Below, piece after piece: positions 1 to 13,890 of a stretch of 64,000 bases of DNA. The DNA comes from Anaeramoeba ignava BMAN (taxonomy: Eukaryota; Protista; Anaeramoebae), in assembly GCA_028826165.1 (NCBI GenBank), contig JAPDFW010000076.1:124001-188000 (forward strand), read 5' to 3'. The position numbers and the translations under genes are program-made. The notes beneath the pieces were generated by a model, which was not told where the DNA came from, made no database searches, and saw only the letters and a list, made by a program, of their open reading frames with translations. Each line of letters starts with the position of its first letter. The stretch's first letter is position 1.

Positions 1-568
1 TGAAGAAATAACAAAAAATTACGAGAATTCATCAAAAAAACTATTTCAAAACTTGCAAAAAAGCATGCAAGAAGTAACAACACAATCAATGGAAAAAATA
101 ATACATGAAACAGTTTCAAAATCATTGAATTCAGTTCAATTGAATCCAAGTCAAATTTTCCCTCAAGATTTATCAAAAATTTTCGACGATTCTTTGAATA
201 GTATTCTTATGGATCAAGAATTTATTCACAATATTACAGACCAAATTTATAATCAAATGTCTCAATCAATCAAAAATCAAATTTCATTAGGTTTGCATCA
301 GCGCTTTCTTAATCAACATGAACAAAAAATGCAACTATTTTCCCAAAATATCATTCAAGAATTATTTACTGAAATGAATAATATTGTTCAAAAAATGAAT
401 TTGGAATTTCAAAACAAACAAGAAAAGGAAATGCTATCGTTTGAACAACAAGTTAATCAAAAATTAACAAATTTTGAAAAAGAAATTATTGATGAAAGTG
501 CTCAAAAATTTAACCAAATTTCTCAAAAATATAATCAAAATTTCCAAACAAATCAATATTTTAAATAA
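1..568 (+). CDS. 3' part of an unknown helical/coiled-coil protein, probably starting before the window
   Basis: Q/E/N-rich ORF 53..568 whose frame stays open to the window edge; stop TAA at 566-568; no recognisable motif. Confidence 0.5.
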   Translation, partial: EEITKNYENSSKKLFQNLQKSMQEVTTQSMEKIIHETVSKSLNSVQLNPSQIFPQDLSKIFDDSLNSILMDQEFIHNITDQIYNQMSQSIKNQISLGLHQRFLNQHEQKMQLFSQNIIQELFTEMNNIVQKMNLEFQNKQEKEMLSFEQQVNQKLTNFEKEIIDESAQKFNQISQKYNQNFQTNQYFK

Positions 569-669
569 TTTTTTTTTTTAAAAAAGAAAAACAAATCCAA
601 ATTTAAAATAAAATTCAATTGAATTTTTTAATTAAATTCTTTTTTTTCTTTTTAAAAATTTTTTTTCTT

Positions 670-3600
670 TTAATCTTTATCAAATTGTTTTGGTGTTTTT
701 GGAGTTTTTGGAGTAAAATCTTCAAAACTTAAATCTTCGAGTTGTTCTTTTGTAAGTCTTAAATTTTCTCGATCAAAATCTTGATCACTTGAAAAATCTT
801 GGAAATCTAAATCTTGGAAATCATCTTTTTCAAAATTATCATCTTTTTCAAAATTATCATCATTTAAATCATTTTCATCATTTAAATTATTTTCATCTTT
901 TAAATCTTTTTCATCTTTTATATCTTTTATATCTTTTAAATCTTTTAAATCTTTTTCATCTTTTTCATCTTTTAAATCTTTTAAATTTTTTCATCTTTTA
1001 TATCTTTTTCATCTTTTAAATCTTTTATATCTTTTTCATCTTTTCATCTTTTAAATCTTTTTCATCTTTTATATCTTTTTCATCTTTTACATCTTTTAAA
1101 TCTTTTTCATCTTTTTCATCTTTTAAATCTTTTATATCTTTTATATCTTTTTCATCTTTTTCATCTTTTAAATCTTTTATATCTTTTTCATCTTTTTCAT
1201 CTTTTAAATCTTTTACATCTTTTAAATCTTTTTCATCTTTTAAATCTTTTAAATCTTTTAAATCTTTTAAATCTTTTAAATCTTTTTCATCTTTTAAATC
1301 TTTTACATCTTTTTCATCTTTTAAATCTTTTTCATCTTTTTCATCGTTTACATGCTTTGCATCTTGTAAATCATTTAAATCTTTTTCATCTTTCGCGTAC
1401 ATTTCATACTTGTCAATTTTTAAATCTTTTCTCTGTTTTGTATCTTTCTTGATAAGTAAAGGAACACTATTTCCTCGACTTCTTATTGAACCAGTTTTAT
1501 CACAATATTGCTTTTCAATATATTTCTTTTGAAAAAATTCTTTTTTTTGCTGTATTGATGATTGAGGATTTGGCTTATCTTCCTTTGGCATCAATTTCTC
1601 CCAAACTGAATTACCCTTTTTATTACCAAGCATTTTAAGAAATTGTTCATCATTTCTGCTAAGATTTGAAATGGGAGAAATGTTTGAAAATTGCTCACAT
1701 TCAGTGTGAATTTGTGCACATTCTTGACAAAAAAACATCCCCAAAGTTAAACTTGCATAAACAACTTCTGGATTATTACAATCTCCACATTTTTGGTTAA
1801 AAAATGACTTGAATCTCTTCTTTTTTTCTAGGTCATCAAATGAAGACTCGCGCATTTTTTGAATTTTTGAAAGTAGTTTCATCAAATTATTTCGAATTTG
1901 GTTGATGCAAGTGAGAGAATTATCAATTGATTTTGTTGTTATTGCATATTTTACGTCTTTAAATTCAAATTTGATTTTATTTTCCGATTCCAATTTCACA
2001 TTACAATTAATTAAAGGAAATTGAATTTTCTCATCAGTCTAAAAATATAAATATAAATATAAATAAATTAGTTGATTTTGATTTTGATTTTGAATCCAAA
2101 AATATCAGTTACATTTACTGTGTCAAAAAACTTCAATTCAGTTCTTGTTAATGCAATTTGTTTTTTCACTGGAAAATCTGAATTGGAATCCATAAAATAA
2201 ACAACTTGATTCAAAGGAGATTGCGAATTTTTTTGTTTTGTGGGTATCCTAACCAAATTGCTCTGTTCTTGAGAAAAAAAGTTCGAAATTGATAAGTAGT
2301 TACTCAAAGAAGCGAAAATCAATGAATCCATTTGTATAATATTTTCATAGATTTCCTGAAAAGAATCTGAAAGAAAAACATATTGCAATTTTTTTTTGGA
2401 ATTAAGAAAAGTAAAGATTTGCAGTTGTTGATCTTGTTTGTGAATTTTGGCATATTTTGGATGATCTTCCGCATTTGCAAAAAAATGTATTCTTACTTGA
2501 CCATCAATTTCCATTGATGACAAAAACGAAAGAGAGTTTCCAGTGGATATTTTAGTGACAACAATAAGATTATTGAAGAAAAAAACGGTTGAATTGATTA
2601 TTTTTTTTTTCCAAAGCAATTTCAGTGATTTTTCAGTAACAAACCGTCTTTCAGGGGTTGCCAAAGAATCCAATCCGGAGATTCTGTTTTGGATCTCAAG
2701 AACTTGAAAGATATTTTCGACATCTCTTTTTTTCTCATTGACATAAGAAGCAACTTCTTGAACTTTTTGAAAAGCGGTTGTTAATTCTTCGTAATCTCGA
2801 TGAGTATTTGGAGTGTATTTCAATACTTCTTTGATAAGAATAACGTATCTGGGGAGCCTTTGAATAGGCATGATTAAAAAGGCATAAAGATCCAATTTTT
2901 CAGACTCTTTTTTTTCAAGCTGTTGTTTTAAAAATTGCACAAATTCCTTTTTTTGTTGAAGTTTTTCAACTGTTTCAAGCGCGGCGTTATAATTTGTAAT
3001 ATAAGCAGTATAAGTTTTCAAAAACGATCCGAATTGACTAAAAATTTTGCCAATATGTTGGTCTTCCTCATTTTTCTTGAGTTCGCTCTCAAGATTCTCC
3101 AAGATAATATTGTTGTAATTGTAGATGATTTGAATATCTGCAAAAATTGTTTTCATTTGAGCTGCTGTCACTAACTTGGGATTTTTACTTAACGGCTGAA
3201 TATACAAATCAAATACTTTCCGCAAACTGAGAACATAAGTTTTTTCTGTCTCGTAAATTTCATTGATTGCAGTTCGGCGGTTTTGTTCTCTTTTTTTTAT
3301 TCTAAGTTGCTCTCTTTCTTCTTCGGTTAAATTTGCTTCCGCTTCTTTTCTTTTTCTTTCTTCTTCTTGTCTTTTTTTGTATTCTTCGATTCTTTCTTCT
3401 TCTTCTTTTCTTTCTTTTTCTTCTTGTATTCTTTTTCTTTCTTCTAATTCTTCTTTTTTGGATTTTTTTTCCTTTTTTTCTTTTTTTTTTTAAAAGCATA
3501 AATAAAATTTTAATTAAAATTTTAATTTATATTTTTTGAAATAAAATTTAATTTACCATTTGATTCAAAAACCCCTTTTTTTAATAAATCAAAAGCTACA

Positions 3601-3850
3601 TTCGAAATTTGTTTCTTTATGATTTCATGTGGTTTTTGATTTTCAAATAATCGGAAATTAACGAAATCTTGGACTAAATCAAATAAACCTTTTTCATCAT
3701 TATCTGTTTTAAGTTTTTCAATTGTTGCTTTATGTTCTATTGCCCATTCTTTAATTTTCTTTATTGATTTTGGGAATGTTATTTATTTATTTATTTTATT
3801 TTTATTTTTTATTTTTTATTTTTTACTTGAATAAGAAGTTGTCCATCCAT
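670..3850 (-). CDS. RhoGEF (DH)-PH-ArfGAP-like protein with a KD-repeat tail; 4 exons, one probable homopolymer frameshift near 1041
   Basis: ATG 3850; in-frame introns 3759-3826, 3480-3556 and 2039-2118. DH motifs (INEIYETEKTYV, FLIMPIQRLPRY, VASYVNEKKR), a PH-like segment and an ArfGAP zinc finger CGDC-x16-CQEC. Adding one base at the T4 run 1041-1044 restores the KDEKDLKD repeat through to TAA at 670-672. Confidence 0.85.
830..1395 (-). repeat. Coding 9-nt tandem repeat (KDE/KDL/KDI)
   Basis: Repeats of tcttttca/tctttttca/tcttttaaa encoding KDEKDLKD. Confidence 0.9.
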
Positions 3851-3947
3851 TTTGTAAATAATTATTGAAAATTAAAAAAATTGAAAAGAGAAAATGAAAT
3901 TAAAAATTTTATTTTTATTTTTTCATTTTTTTTTTTTATTTTAAAAA

Positions 3948-6900
3948 ATGGAAGAAGAAAAAAATTTAAAAACAACAACTATAGATTCAGATGGAAATAT
4001 CCGATATAAAGTTTTTATTTACAAAAAAAAAATTTTTTTATAATAATAATAATAATTTTTAAAAAAATTTTTTTCTTTAATTTATTTAGTTTTTAAATTT
4101 ACGAGATAGACTTGAACTAATTGATACTGATGTCACACATAAAATAGAATCAATTCAAATTGAACCAGATGAAATATTTCAATCATTTTTCTTGGAAAAA
4201 TTTAAAGAAATCATTTCACTTGATTTTACAAGTTATTTCCAAAAATTTGCCAAACAAATTGGACCTTATATTCAAACACTTCCTCAAATATTACTTTTCA
4301 AACAAGAAATCATAAGCATAATTTGTCGAAATTTAAAAGACAAACAAAACACAGCAAGAAATTCAATACTTCAACTTGTTTCGGTTTTAGCTCGTGATCT
4401 TCGACATGAATTTTTTCCGTTTTTTTACAGAATTATTGATTCAATATTTTTTGTTATTAAACCGCAAAATACAAAAGAAATCGAATCCATTTTTTCAACA
4501 ACAACATATTTATTGAAGTACTTGCAACGGCAATTAATAATCCCAGAAAATTTTTGTACTTTGTTTATTAAGTTTCTTCCTATTCTTGGTTATAATCAAG
4601 AATACATTTCACTATTTGCTTCAAAAAGTCTTTCTTTTATCCTCAAAAAAATGCAAACCCAAGATTTTTTGGAATCAATCAAATTCATGATTAAAGAAGC
4701 CACTCAAAGAATGAACTCAAAAATCAACAAAAGTCTCTCACTTCTTCTCTTTTATGCTCTTAAAGGTGTTCAAAAGGGTTTTCATTCTTCTTTATCTTGG
4801 ATTCTCCCTATTTATCTTTCTGTTTTTGAATGGAATTTTCTTGAAGAAAATGAAACTCTTGAAAATTTATCATCTCAATTCAATATAAAAAGAAAAATTC
4901 ATAATCAGGATTCCAGATTTAGAATCATTCGTTCTTGCACACGACTTATGTGTGATTATTCAAATAAGGAGAAATCAAAAGAGTTTTTAGATATTTTATG
5001 TGAAAAAATAACAAATAATCTTGAAGAATGGAAAAAAGTTGCTGATGAATATTTAAATCAAAATGAAAATGAAAATCAAAATGAAAATCAAAATGAAAAA
5101 AATATAAAAAATATAAAAAATATAAAAATTAATCTTCTCAAATTCAATTTATTCTCAAAATATATCTTCAATTTAATCTCAATCCTCATTGATTGGGCAG
5201 AATTTCAAACTAAAAACAAAATTTATGATCGCAATTTAGTTTTGGGAATTGCAAAAAAACTCTTCACTAAAGAATTTGCTTTTCATCCAGCAAATAACGA
5301 GATTTTATTGAATATTTCTCTTCAACTTTTAACAGCAGTACTTAAACTTTATTCTTTAGAAGAAGACTTTGATGAATCTTCGAGTATCTTACCACAATTC
5401 TTTGAAACTGTTTATTCTCAGTGTTCCTTAGATATTGTAATTCATTTTACTGAAACAATAGTTGATTGGCCTCATTTCCTTACTCTTGTTCTTATCCATG
5501 TTCTCAAATTCGTTTCAAAACGTTTCAACGAAAATCCACAAAGAATTCTTTTCTTTTTATACAAATTCATAACACAAAATCCTAATTTCCTCGATCCCAC
5601 TTATTCTGCTCTAATCAGCAAAAAAAAGAGAATACATTTTCCTCGATATTCTTCAAATGAAAATAAACCCATCAACTTTTCCCAAAAATTACTTCAATTC
5701 GCAGAAAATTCCTTTCATTTTGAAAAAATAAACCAAATTGTTTCAAATATATCTGAAATTGATAATATTTCTCATCCTCAAAAAACTACACAACAAAACA
5801 AACCACTTTCAGAAACACAAATCCAACAGCTTAAAGAAGAAAAAAATCAACTTTCTTTTCGGTTGATTGAACTTAAATACGAACAGAAATTTTTGAAACA
5901 AGATTTATTTGATAAAGACCAAAAAATACAAATAGAAAATAAAATCAATGAAAACGAAGAAAAGATTCAACAATATCAACTGAAAATATCTCAGCCAATA
6001 GATTCTATTTTGGAAACAGATACTGAAATTGAAAATCAAAATCAAAATCAAAATTATGATGGATATGAAGATGATGATCCAATGATGATTGAAAATCAAG
6101 AACTTCATGAAAAGGAAGATCGAAATAACCGTTTAAAAGAAAAATTAGACGCTCTTGAATCTGAAAATAAAAAACTAAATCAACAGCTTAAAAAAATCCC
6201 TGAATTAGAAGAAAAGTTAAAAGAGGTTACCAAAGAAGTCGAAGAAATCAACCAAAAAAAAGAGCAAATCAAGAAAAAATTTTCTCAATTCATACCTAAA
6301 CAAGAAGGAAATGAAAATCAAATGGAGAGCGAAGAGCAATCTGAATTTGCTCAGCAGATCCAAGAATTACAAAAACAAAAAATTGAGATTGAATCAATTC
6401 ATTGGCTCATTTTGGAAGCATTTGTACTTATTGAGATTGACCCAAATCTTGTTGATCAAATTGTGGATAATTTTCTTCGCTTGTTTGATTCACATATTCA
6501 AATCGAGCCAAGATTCCAAAATTTGCAAATTTGTTCGCAAAGCATCATTTCAATAGTAAATATTTTAGTTGATTATAAACCCCAAAAATTTTCCGATGAG
6601 AAAATATTCCATCGAGTTGTTCAATTGATTGAGAAAAATCATCAACACCATATGATCATTCAAGCTGGTGATTTATATTTATCAAAAGCAAAACAGTATA
6701 TTGGGAATTTATTTACGAATGATTTATCCCAAAAATTCTTCAATATTCTAAAACCAAATCTATCTCATCCTTCAGAAATTCTTCGTACATCCAGTTTGAA
6801 ATTAATATCACATTTTTTATCCTCATCTCAACAGCAAATTCTGGGAAACAAAGAAAAGGAAAATCCTTCATTGAAGCTTATTTCTTTATGCTTGGAAATT

Positions 6901-9900
6901 GACGAGCTTCCAAATTCTGTTCTGGAAAGTCGGCTCAAAGAGGCTAGACTTTATAATATTATTTCAATAATTGAATTCCATGAAATTCCAAATGAAACAC
7001 TTGAGTTGCTTTGCCATTATGCAATTGGATTATTCCATGTCAAATTTTCTGTTATATGGAAACCTGCTCAACAAGTATTGGCTTCAATTGGGTTGAAAAA
7101 TCCCTCTTTGTTTTGGCATATTTTTTTTGGCGAAATTAAGAAATACTCATTTGAATATCGTTTGAACCAGGAAATGGTACAGTTTTATAAAACAAAAGAT
7201 TTTAATATTTTGGACAAACACCAATTCTCATTAGAAAACCAAAAGGCAAAAATTGAGGAAGATTCAAAAAAGGTTGTTTCTTTCAATAATAAAAATCCAA
7301 AGAAAAATCCAGCACGTAAAAAAAGAACAAAAAAAGATATTAAAAACCAAAATGCCAAAAAAACCAAATTTACTCCCAAAAGAAATAAAAAACCCCAAAT
7401 AAAAGAAAACAAAGAAGCAGAAAAGAAACACGATAATAAAACAAAAAAACAATTTGCATCTAAAAAAAAGCCACAAAACAAGAATCAACAAAAGAATCAA
7501 AAAAATACAAATTCGCAAAAAAAAATTGTGTATCCAAAATATCAGAAATTTCGCAGAAAAAGCAGGTTGCTCAATTTCCAGATTCTTGACAACAAGCAAG
7601 AAATTAATTATGCAGAGTTTTTTAACGAAACAAAAATCACAGAAGAAATATCTGAAAGTAATGTGAGAATCAATATTATGCTAGAATTTATCAAAAAAAC
7701 TAGAGTTGTTGAGAGAAGCACACAATTCAAAACATTCTATCAGAATTTACTTGATGTTCTTAATATCGAAAAGATAACAAACATTGTGCAAAACAAATTT
7801 TCAAAAGATATTGTTGAGCTATTTTTGCTTTTTTTAGAAAAAGGAAGTCAAAAAAATTTCCAAATCACAAATCGATTGTCTTTAAAATCGAATTTCTTAA
7901 CACAGAAAATGCACTATTTTTTGAATTTTTTTGCTCAATTCAAGTCTGCAAAGCATCTTTACCGCAGCGATTATATGAGGAGCATATTTATGAATTTTCT
8001 TTCAAGTGGGGATTCATCACTTGCAAAACTTGCACTGAAATGCTTGATGCTTTGGGATTCGCAAACTTTGAAAAAATACTTTGATATATTAATAATGATG
8101 ATTGATGAGAAACAATTTCGTGGAGCAATTACCAACTTTAATTTGGATCCAAACAAAAAAAACATACAGGATGAAGAACGAGAAGAAATTATTCCAATTA
8201 TTACCACAATTTTGTTTTCCAAAATCATTAAGCAAAAGGGCATAAAAGCACATAAAAAAACATTGGATGTCAGAAGAGTTGCTGTTTTAAATTATTTTGG
8301 AACTATGAATCCGGATGAACTGAAGTATTTTTTTCAAATTATATTGAGACCATTTGGGATCTTGATTGAACATAAAGAATCCATTTTAAAATTTTTCTTA
8401 ACATTAGGCAAAAAGGATTCTATTCCAGATGATTTAAATGAAAATGAAAATGAAAATGAAAATTTAAATGAAATTTTCCATAAAATTCAAAAATCTATCC
8501 CATTCAAAAAACAGATCGGATTTGTGCATCTTCTTGAGAAAATTATTAAACACTTGGGATTTAATATAAAACCTTTTGTGGATAAACTAGTAATTACTCT
8601 TTTGTTCGTTTTGCACAACTCAATTTTGATTAAATCAAAGGAGCTTAAATCTTTAGCGTTTAAAAGAATATCTCAAATATTTGACAAATTAACAGAATAC
8701 GATTTTACTGATTATATACCTGCCTTCTTTAACATTGCACGCCCATCTATTTCCAGGCTTGTTATAGAAAATTTGCAGCATAAAACTGGAATTATTGAAT
8801 TCGCATATGTGATATCACAGAACAAGAAAAATGCATGGATTATATTCTACGATTCTTTGCTATTTTCTAATTTGCTTAAATGCTTGTCATCTCGCAAAGC
8901 AACACCTCCAGTTGTTTTCGCAATTTTGGATATTCTCGAGAATTTGACCATCTTTTCGGAAAAGGATGAGCAAATTTACAAAGAGATCCAAATGAATATT
9001 CAACAGATATTGAGTCATTTAAGGATAATTATTCAACGACCATACAACAAATCACTCACAAACACATCAATTTTCTTCAAAAAAACAACAAGCGAAAAAG
9101 AAGATCAATCAAAGACAAAGGGAAAAAAGAAAGGGAAAAAAGCAAAAATCGATTACATACTTCGTTCAGATGAATCTACAAAATTTGAACTTTCCCCAAT
9201 TGCAGAAAAGGAACTGAACATATTATCCAGACTTAGTGTATTTGCCACAAACCACACCCAATCCAAAATTTTAGTCGAGCTTCTTTCTCCTTTTATTCAA
9301 CCCAAAATTGTGAGCGAGCAAACAATCATTCAGCAATTACTTTCCATCATCTTGAATTTACTTGGAAATATGGACTTTATTCCCGAAAATTTCATACATA
9401 TGTTTTCACCACTACTATTTTTTATCGATTCTCGTGAATCAAGAGAAATTCTGTTGGAGATTTACTCACTGATTGGTTCAAAAATACCTCAAATGTCACC
9501 CATTTCGAAACTTCTTCAGCAACTAAATTCATATACTCTAAATTCACTTGAAAGCAATCAAGACTACAATTCAATATTAGGAGCATATTCGCAAATTGAA
9601 GCTGAATCAATAATTGAAAAAAACCACGAACCAATACTTATAGAACCATTACTTTACCATTTTTTGCATGATATTTCAGAAGGAGATATGGTTACTCGAG
9701 AGTCTGCATGCGGAGCCATTAAAAAAGTGATCAAGCAAAGTCATCTTGTTGATCTTATTCGGTCTGTAATCATCCCAGAAATTCGCAACGGATTGAAGAA
9801 AAATGACCAGAAAACAAGAGGATATTTTATTCAATTTCTTTCCGAGATTGCTGTTTTTCAAAAAGAAAACTATCCGTCATTGTGCGTGTTTGTCCAAGAA

Positions 9901-12900
9901 GATGAAGAAACACAAAAAACAACCAATTTCTTTGAGTTGATTTCGCAGATCAAAATATCGAAGCAAATAAAAGCGATGAAGATGTTCCAGCGTATTTTAG
10001 AGCTCCAAACAATCAGCACACAAGCACTTATGAATTATTTCATGCCGATTTTTACACACTATATTTTCCAACAAAAAATACATGTGGATTCTCCGTTATT
10101 CCAAGAAGCAGGCAACTGTATTGGTAAAATATCAAGTATTTTTGAGTGGCCTTTATACCAGAAAATTCTTAGTGATTTCATCTATGAAATTTCCAAGAAG
10201 CCAACTCATAAAGAGAAGTTGATCAATATTATTTGTGTTGTTTTGGGTACTTTCCATTTTGAAATTGATGCTCCTAATCAAAACGCTAATTTAGTTCAAA
10301 AAGAAGAAATGAGCTTATCAGAGAAAATCACTTCTTCACTTGAAAAGAAGATTTTACCTTCTCTTTATAATCTGCTTACTCAGGGTAAAACATTCCAATT
10401 GGCAATGAGTCCTATTTCAGTTGCTGTTGTGAAAACACTGAAATTATTTCCTGAAAAATACAGGAAAATTCACATTGAGAAAATTTTGGCAATTCTAAGC
10501 AATAATTTATCTTCTCGAGATCAAAACGTAAGGGATTCAACACGCAAAGTTTTGATCGAAGTCTTGTTACTTATTGAGCCGAGGTATTTTCATTTTGTGA
10601 TCAAAGAAATGAAGCGTTTTCTTCGACGAGGATATCAACTCCATATTCTCGGATATACACTTTTTGAGCTTTTTTCAAATGTTGTGCAAACATATCAAAA
10701 TGGAGAAATTGATCCTTGCATATCCAATGTTATTGATATTGTGATTATGGATATTTTCGGAGAGGTTTCTGAAGAAAAAAAAGTGAAAGCAATTACCGAA
10801 TCATACAAAGAGGCGAAGCATATCATGTCTTATAATACAATCAATATTCTCAGTTCTAAAATCGATTTTGTGTCTTCAATTGTTTTATTGGCAGGAAAAC
10901 TAGAATCGAATATCTCTTCAGCTCAGGACGCAGAATCAATCAAAAAGCTCCAAAAGATTTTCGAGAATATTGTAAACGGATTGGAGGACAATCCAACAGT
11001 TACTAAAAAAGATTTGCTTAATTTTTGCTATAATCTCGCAGATCAAGTGATTAAATTACCAAATTTCAATTTTATTCATTCACAGAATTTAGGTTTAGAA
11101 TCAGCACATAAAACGGATCAAATGAAAGAGGAGAAAATATCAACAAAGCAGCGCAAAGAAAAAGAGAAAATGAATTTCCTTGTTGAACCAGAACCGAAAA
11201 GAATCACAAAAATTGCGATTAATAACGAGAACTTTAGTTCAAATGTGCAGAATCATTATCTACTTATTGAATTTAGTTTCAATCTTCTTTACTCTTTTCT
11301 TCGCAAACCAAAATTTGCCGATTTTCAATCCCAAAAAGATATTGAAATTTTCGACCCTTTTCTTTCCTTGCTAGAAAAAGGAATGAGCTCAAGATTTCAT
11401 CGAGTTGTTGTGATCTCAATTAGATGTCTTGATATTCTGCTTGTTTACGCAGATAAATTCCCTTCGATTGAACTTGAGTTGCCTAAACTTTCAACAAGAA
11501 TCATCAACATTATCACTGAGAATCGAGGCACATCTTACAATGTTGGACAAGCCTGTATGCAACTTTTATCACGTTTGATGAATTCGTGTTCATTTTTCGA
11601 ATTACCGCTCAAACAACTGAGTATTTTATTGAAATTTATCAAAGCAGATCTCGGTGAGAATTGGCAAATCGAACACACATACTCTGTTCTGAAGTATGTC
11701 ATTTATCGCAAATTGATGGTTCCTGAACTTTATGATCTTATTGATTCTATGTTTTTGACGATGGTTCAAAGCGGATTCCGTGATGTCCAGAAAGTGTGTT
11801 CTCGTGTTATCATCAGTTTTCTTAAAGTATATCCCATTGGACCTAAAAGGATGAAACAGCACATCCAATTTTTAGTCACTAATTTGAACTATCCTGTTGA
11901 AGGTGGGCGTGTTGCTGTTCTTGGTTTTATTTTGCGGTTTATTCAGATCATTCCTCCAAAAATTCTTGATGAATATTCCGAGTTTCTTTTTGTTTCTTGT
12001 GTTGCTCAAATGACTAATGATTCAAGTTCGTTTTGTCGTCGGAAATGTGGGTATACTCTTGTTTCTTTGTTTGAACATGCTGACGAAAATCGTGTTAGGT
12101 CTTTGACTTCAATTATTCGCGACTGGATTGATAATGATGATTTTACTATTAAAAAAGCAGGAATTCAAACTTTAGGAATTGCCATCGATGGTTTGAAAGC
12201 CAAACGTTTTACAAAATATTTTGACTTATTCATTCCTCGAGTATTACAAAATGTATTAATTCCAAGAACGAATGATGAAAAAGAAGTTTCTTTGTATGAA
12301 GACAATCAGATATCTTTTCATTTTCTTGAAGTTGAAATTGAAAAAGAAATTAATTCTATTTTGGATTTTTTTATCAAAAATAATGAGAACAATCCAAATG
12401 AATGGGAAATATATTATTATTCTTTGTCTACTTTAGAAAAAATTTTTAAATATTTTCCCAATATTATTTCTTCAGAAAGATTTTATCAATTTTGGAAGGG
12501 ATTACCTTTTCTTTTTATATATCCACATAATTGGGTTAGAATTGGATCATTAAGACTTGGAGGAATTTATTTTTCACAAGATGAAGAAACAAATGAATAT
12601 GAAGAAATAAATGAAGAAACAAATGAATATGAAGAAATAAATGAAGAAATAAATGAAGAAATAAATGAAGATGAAGAAATAAATGAAAATGATGAAATAA
12701 ATGAAAATGAAATAAATGAAATAAATGAAGATGAAATAAATGATGAAATAAATGAAAATGAAATAAATGAAAATGAAGAAATAAATGAAAATGAAATAAA
12801 TGAAGAAATAAATGAAGATGAAGAAATAAATGAAAATGAAATAAATGAAAATGAAATAAATGAAAATGAAATAAATGAAGAAATAAATGAAGAAACAAAT

Positions 12901-13752
12901 GAATATGAAGAAATAAATGAAAATGAAATAAATGAAAATGAAATAAATGAAAATGAAATAAAGGAAAATATTGAAGAGGAAAATATTGAAGACGAAAATA
13001 TTGAAGAGGAAATAAATGAATATACTCCAATCTCTAATATAATATCAAACAAAAAAGAATTTATTATTTGGATAAAATCTCTTATTAAACAATTCCAAAA
13101 TGAATCTTTTGATGATATAATAGGTGAACAAACTGTTAAAAACTTATTATTTATGACAACTCATGCTTATAATAACCAGAACAGAAATATATTTTTATGG
13201 ATTATAGAAACATTATCAAATACTTGCAAAAAAACAAAAGATATATCCAAAAAACATGTTTTCAACTTCTTTGCAGCCATTTGCTTTCAAATTCGTAAAA
13301 AAGACTTAGTATTGATTTTAGACAGTATTTTAGCACCACTTTACCAAGTGATTAGCAAATTCCAGAATATCAAAAAAATATTCTTAATGAACAAATCACA
13401 AAAAAATCAAAATTCAAAACCAATGATTGATATTGATTTATCTAAACTCCATTCTCTTGCTCAAAGAGTAATTGATGTTATTAAGGAAAAAGTTGGTCAT
13501 CTTGAATTTGCAAAACAATTCTCGCAAGTTAAACAGAAATTCGAACAAATTAAACTCAAAAAACAAAAAAAGAAAAACCAAATTTTAGTTTCAAATCCTC
13601 GAAAATCTGCTTTAATAAAACAAAAAAGAACACAAAGAAATAGACAACGAATTAAAAGAAAATTTGATCAAAAAAGATTAGAAAGAGGAAAAATTTCAAT
13701 TAAACTTCGAAAAGAAGCAATGGATAAAATCAATAAGAAAAACCAAAAGTAA
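3948..13752 (+). CDS. UTP20: UTP20 / small-subunit processome component 20 (HEAT-repeat protein)
   Basis: Exon 3948-4010, intron 4011-4089, then open to 13752. N-terminus RYKFLNLRDRLELIDTD; LVSVLARDLRHEFFPFF; DRIM-type block LRRGYQLHILGYTL, DIFGEVSEEKKV, KEAK; LVTNLNYPVEGGR; YPHNWVRIGSLRL; basic C-terminus. Confidence 0.95.
12577..13020 (+). repeat. Coding acidic EINE/ENEIN repeat inside UTP20
   Basis: Tandem gaaataaat/gaaaat units, in frame. Confidence 0.9.
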
Positions 13753-13890
13753 TATCAAGAAAAAAAAATTTTTTTTGTTTTAGGGAATTTTATTTTTGGA
13801 TTTTTCTTTAATAAAAGGATAGATTTTAATTTTTTAATTTTTTAATTTTTTAATTTTTTAATTTTTGGATTTTTTAATTAATTTTTGGAT

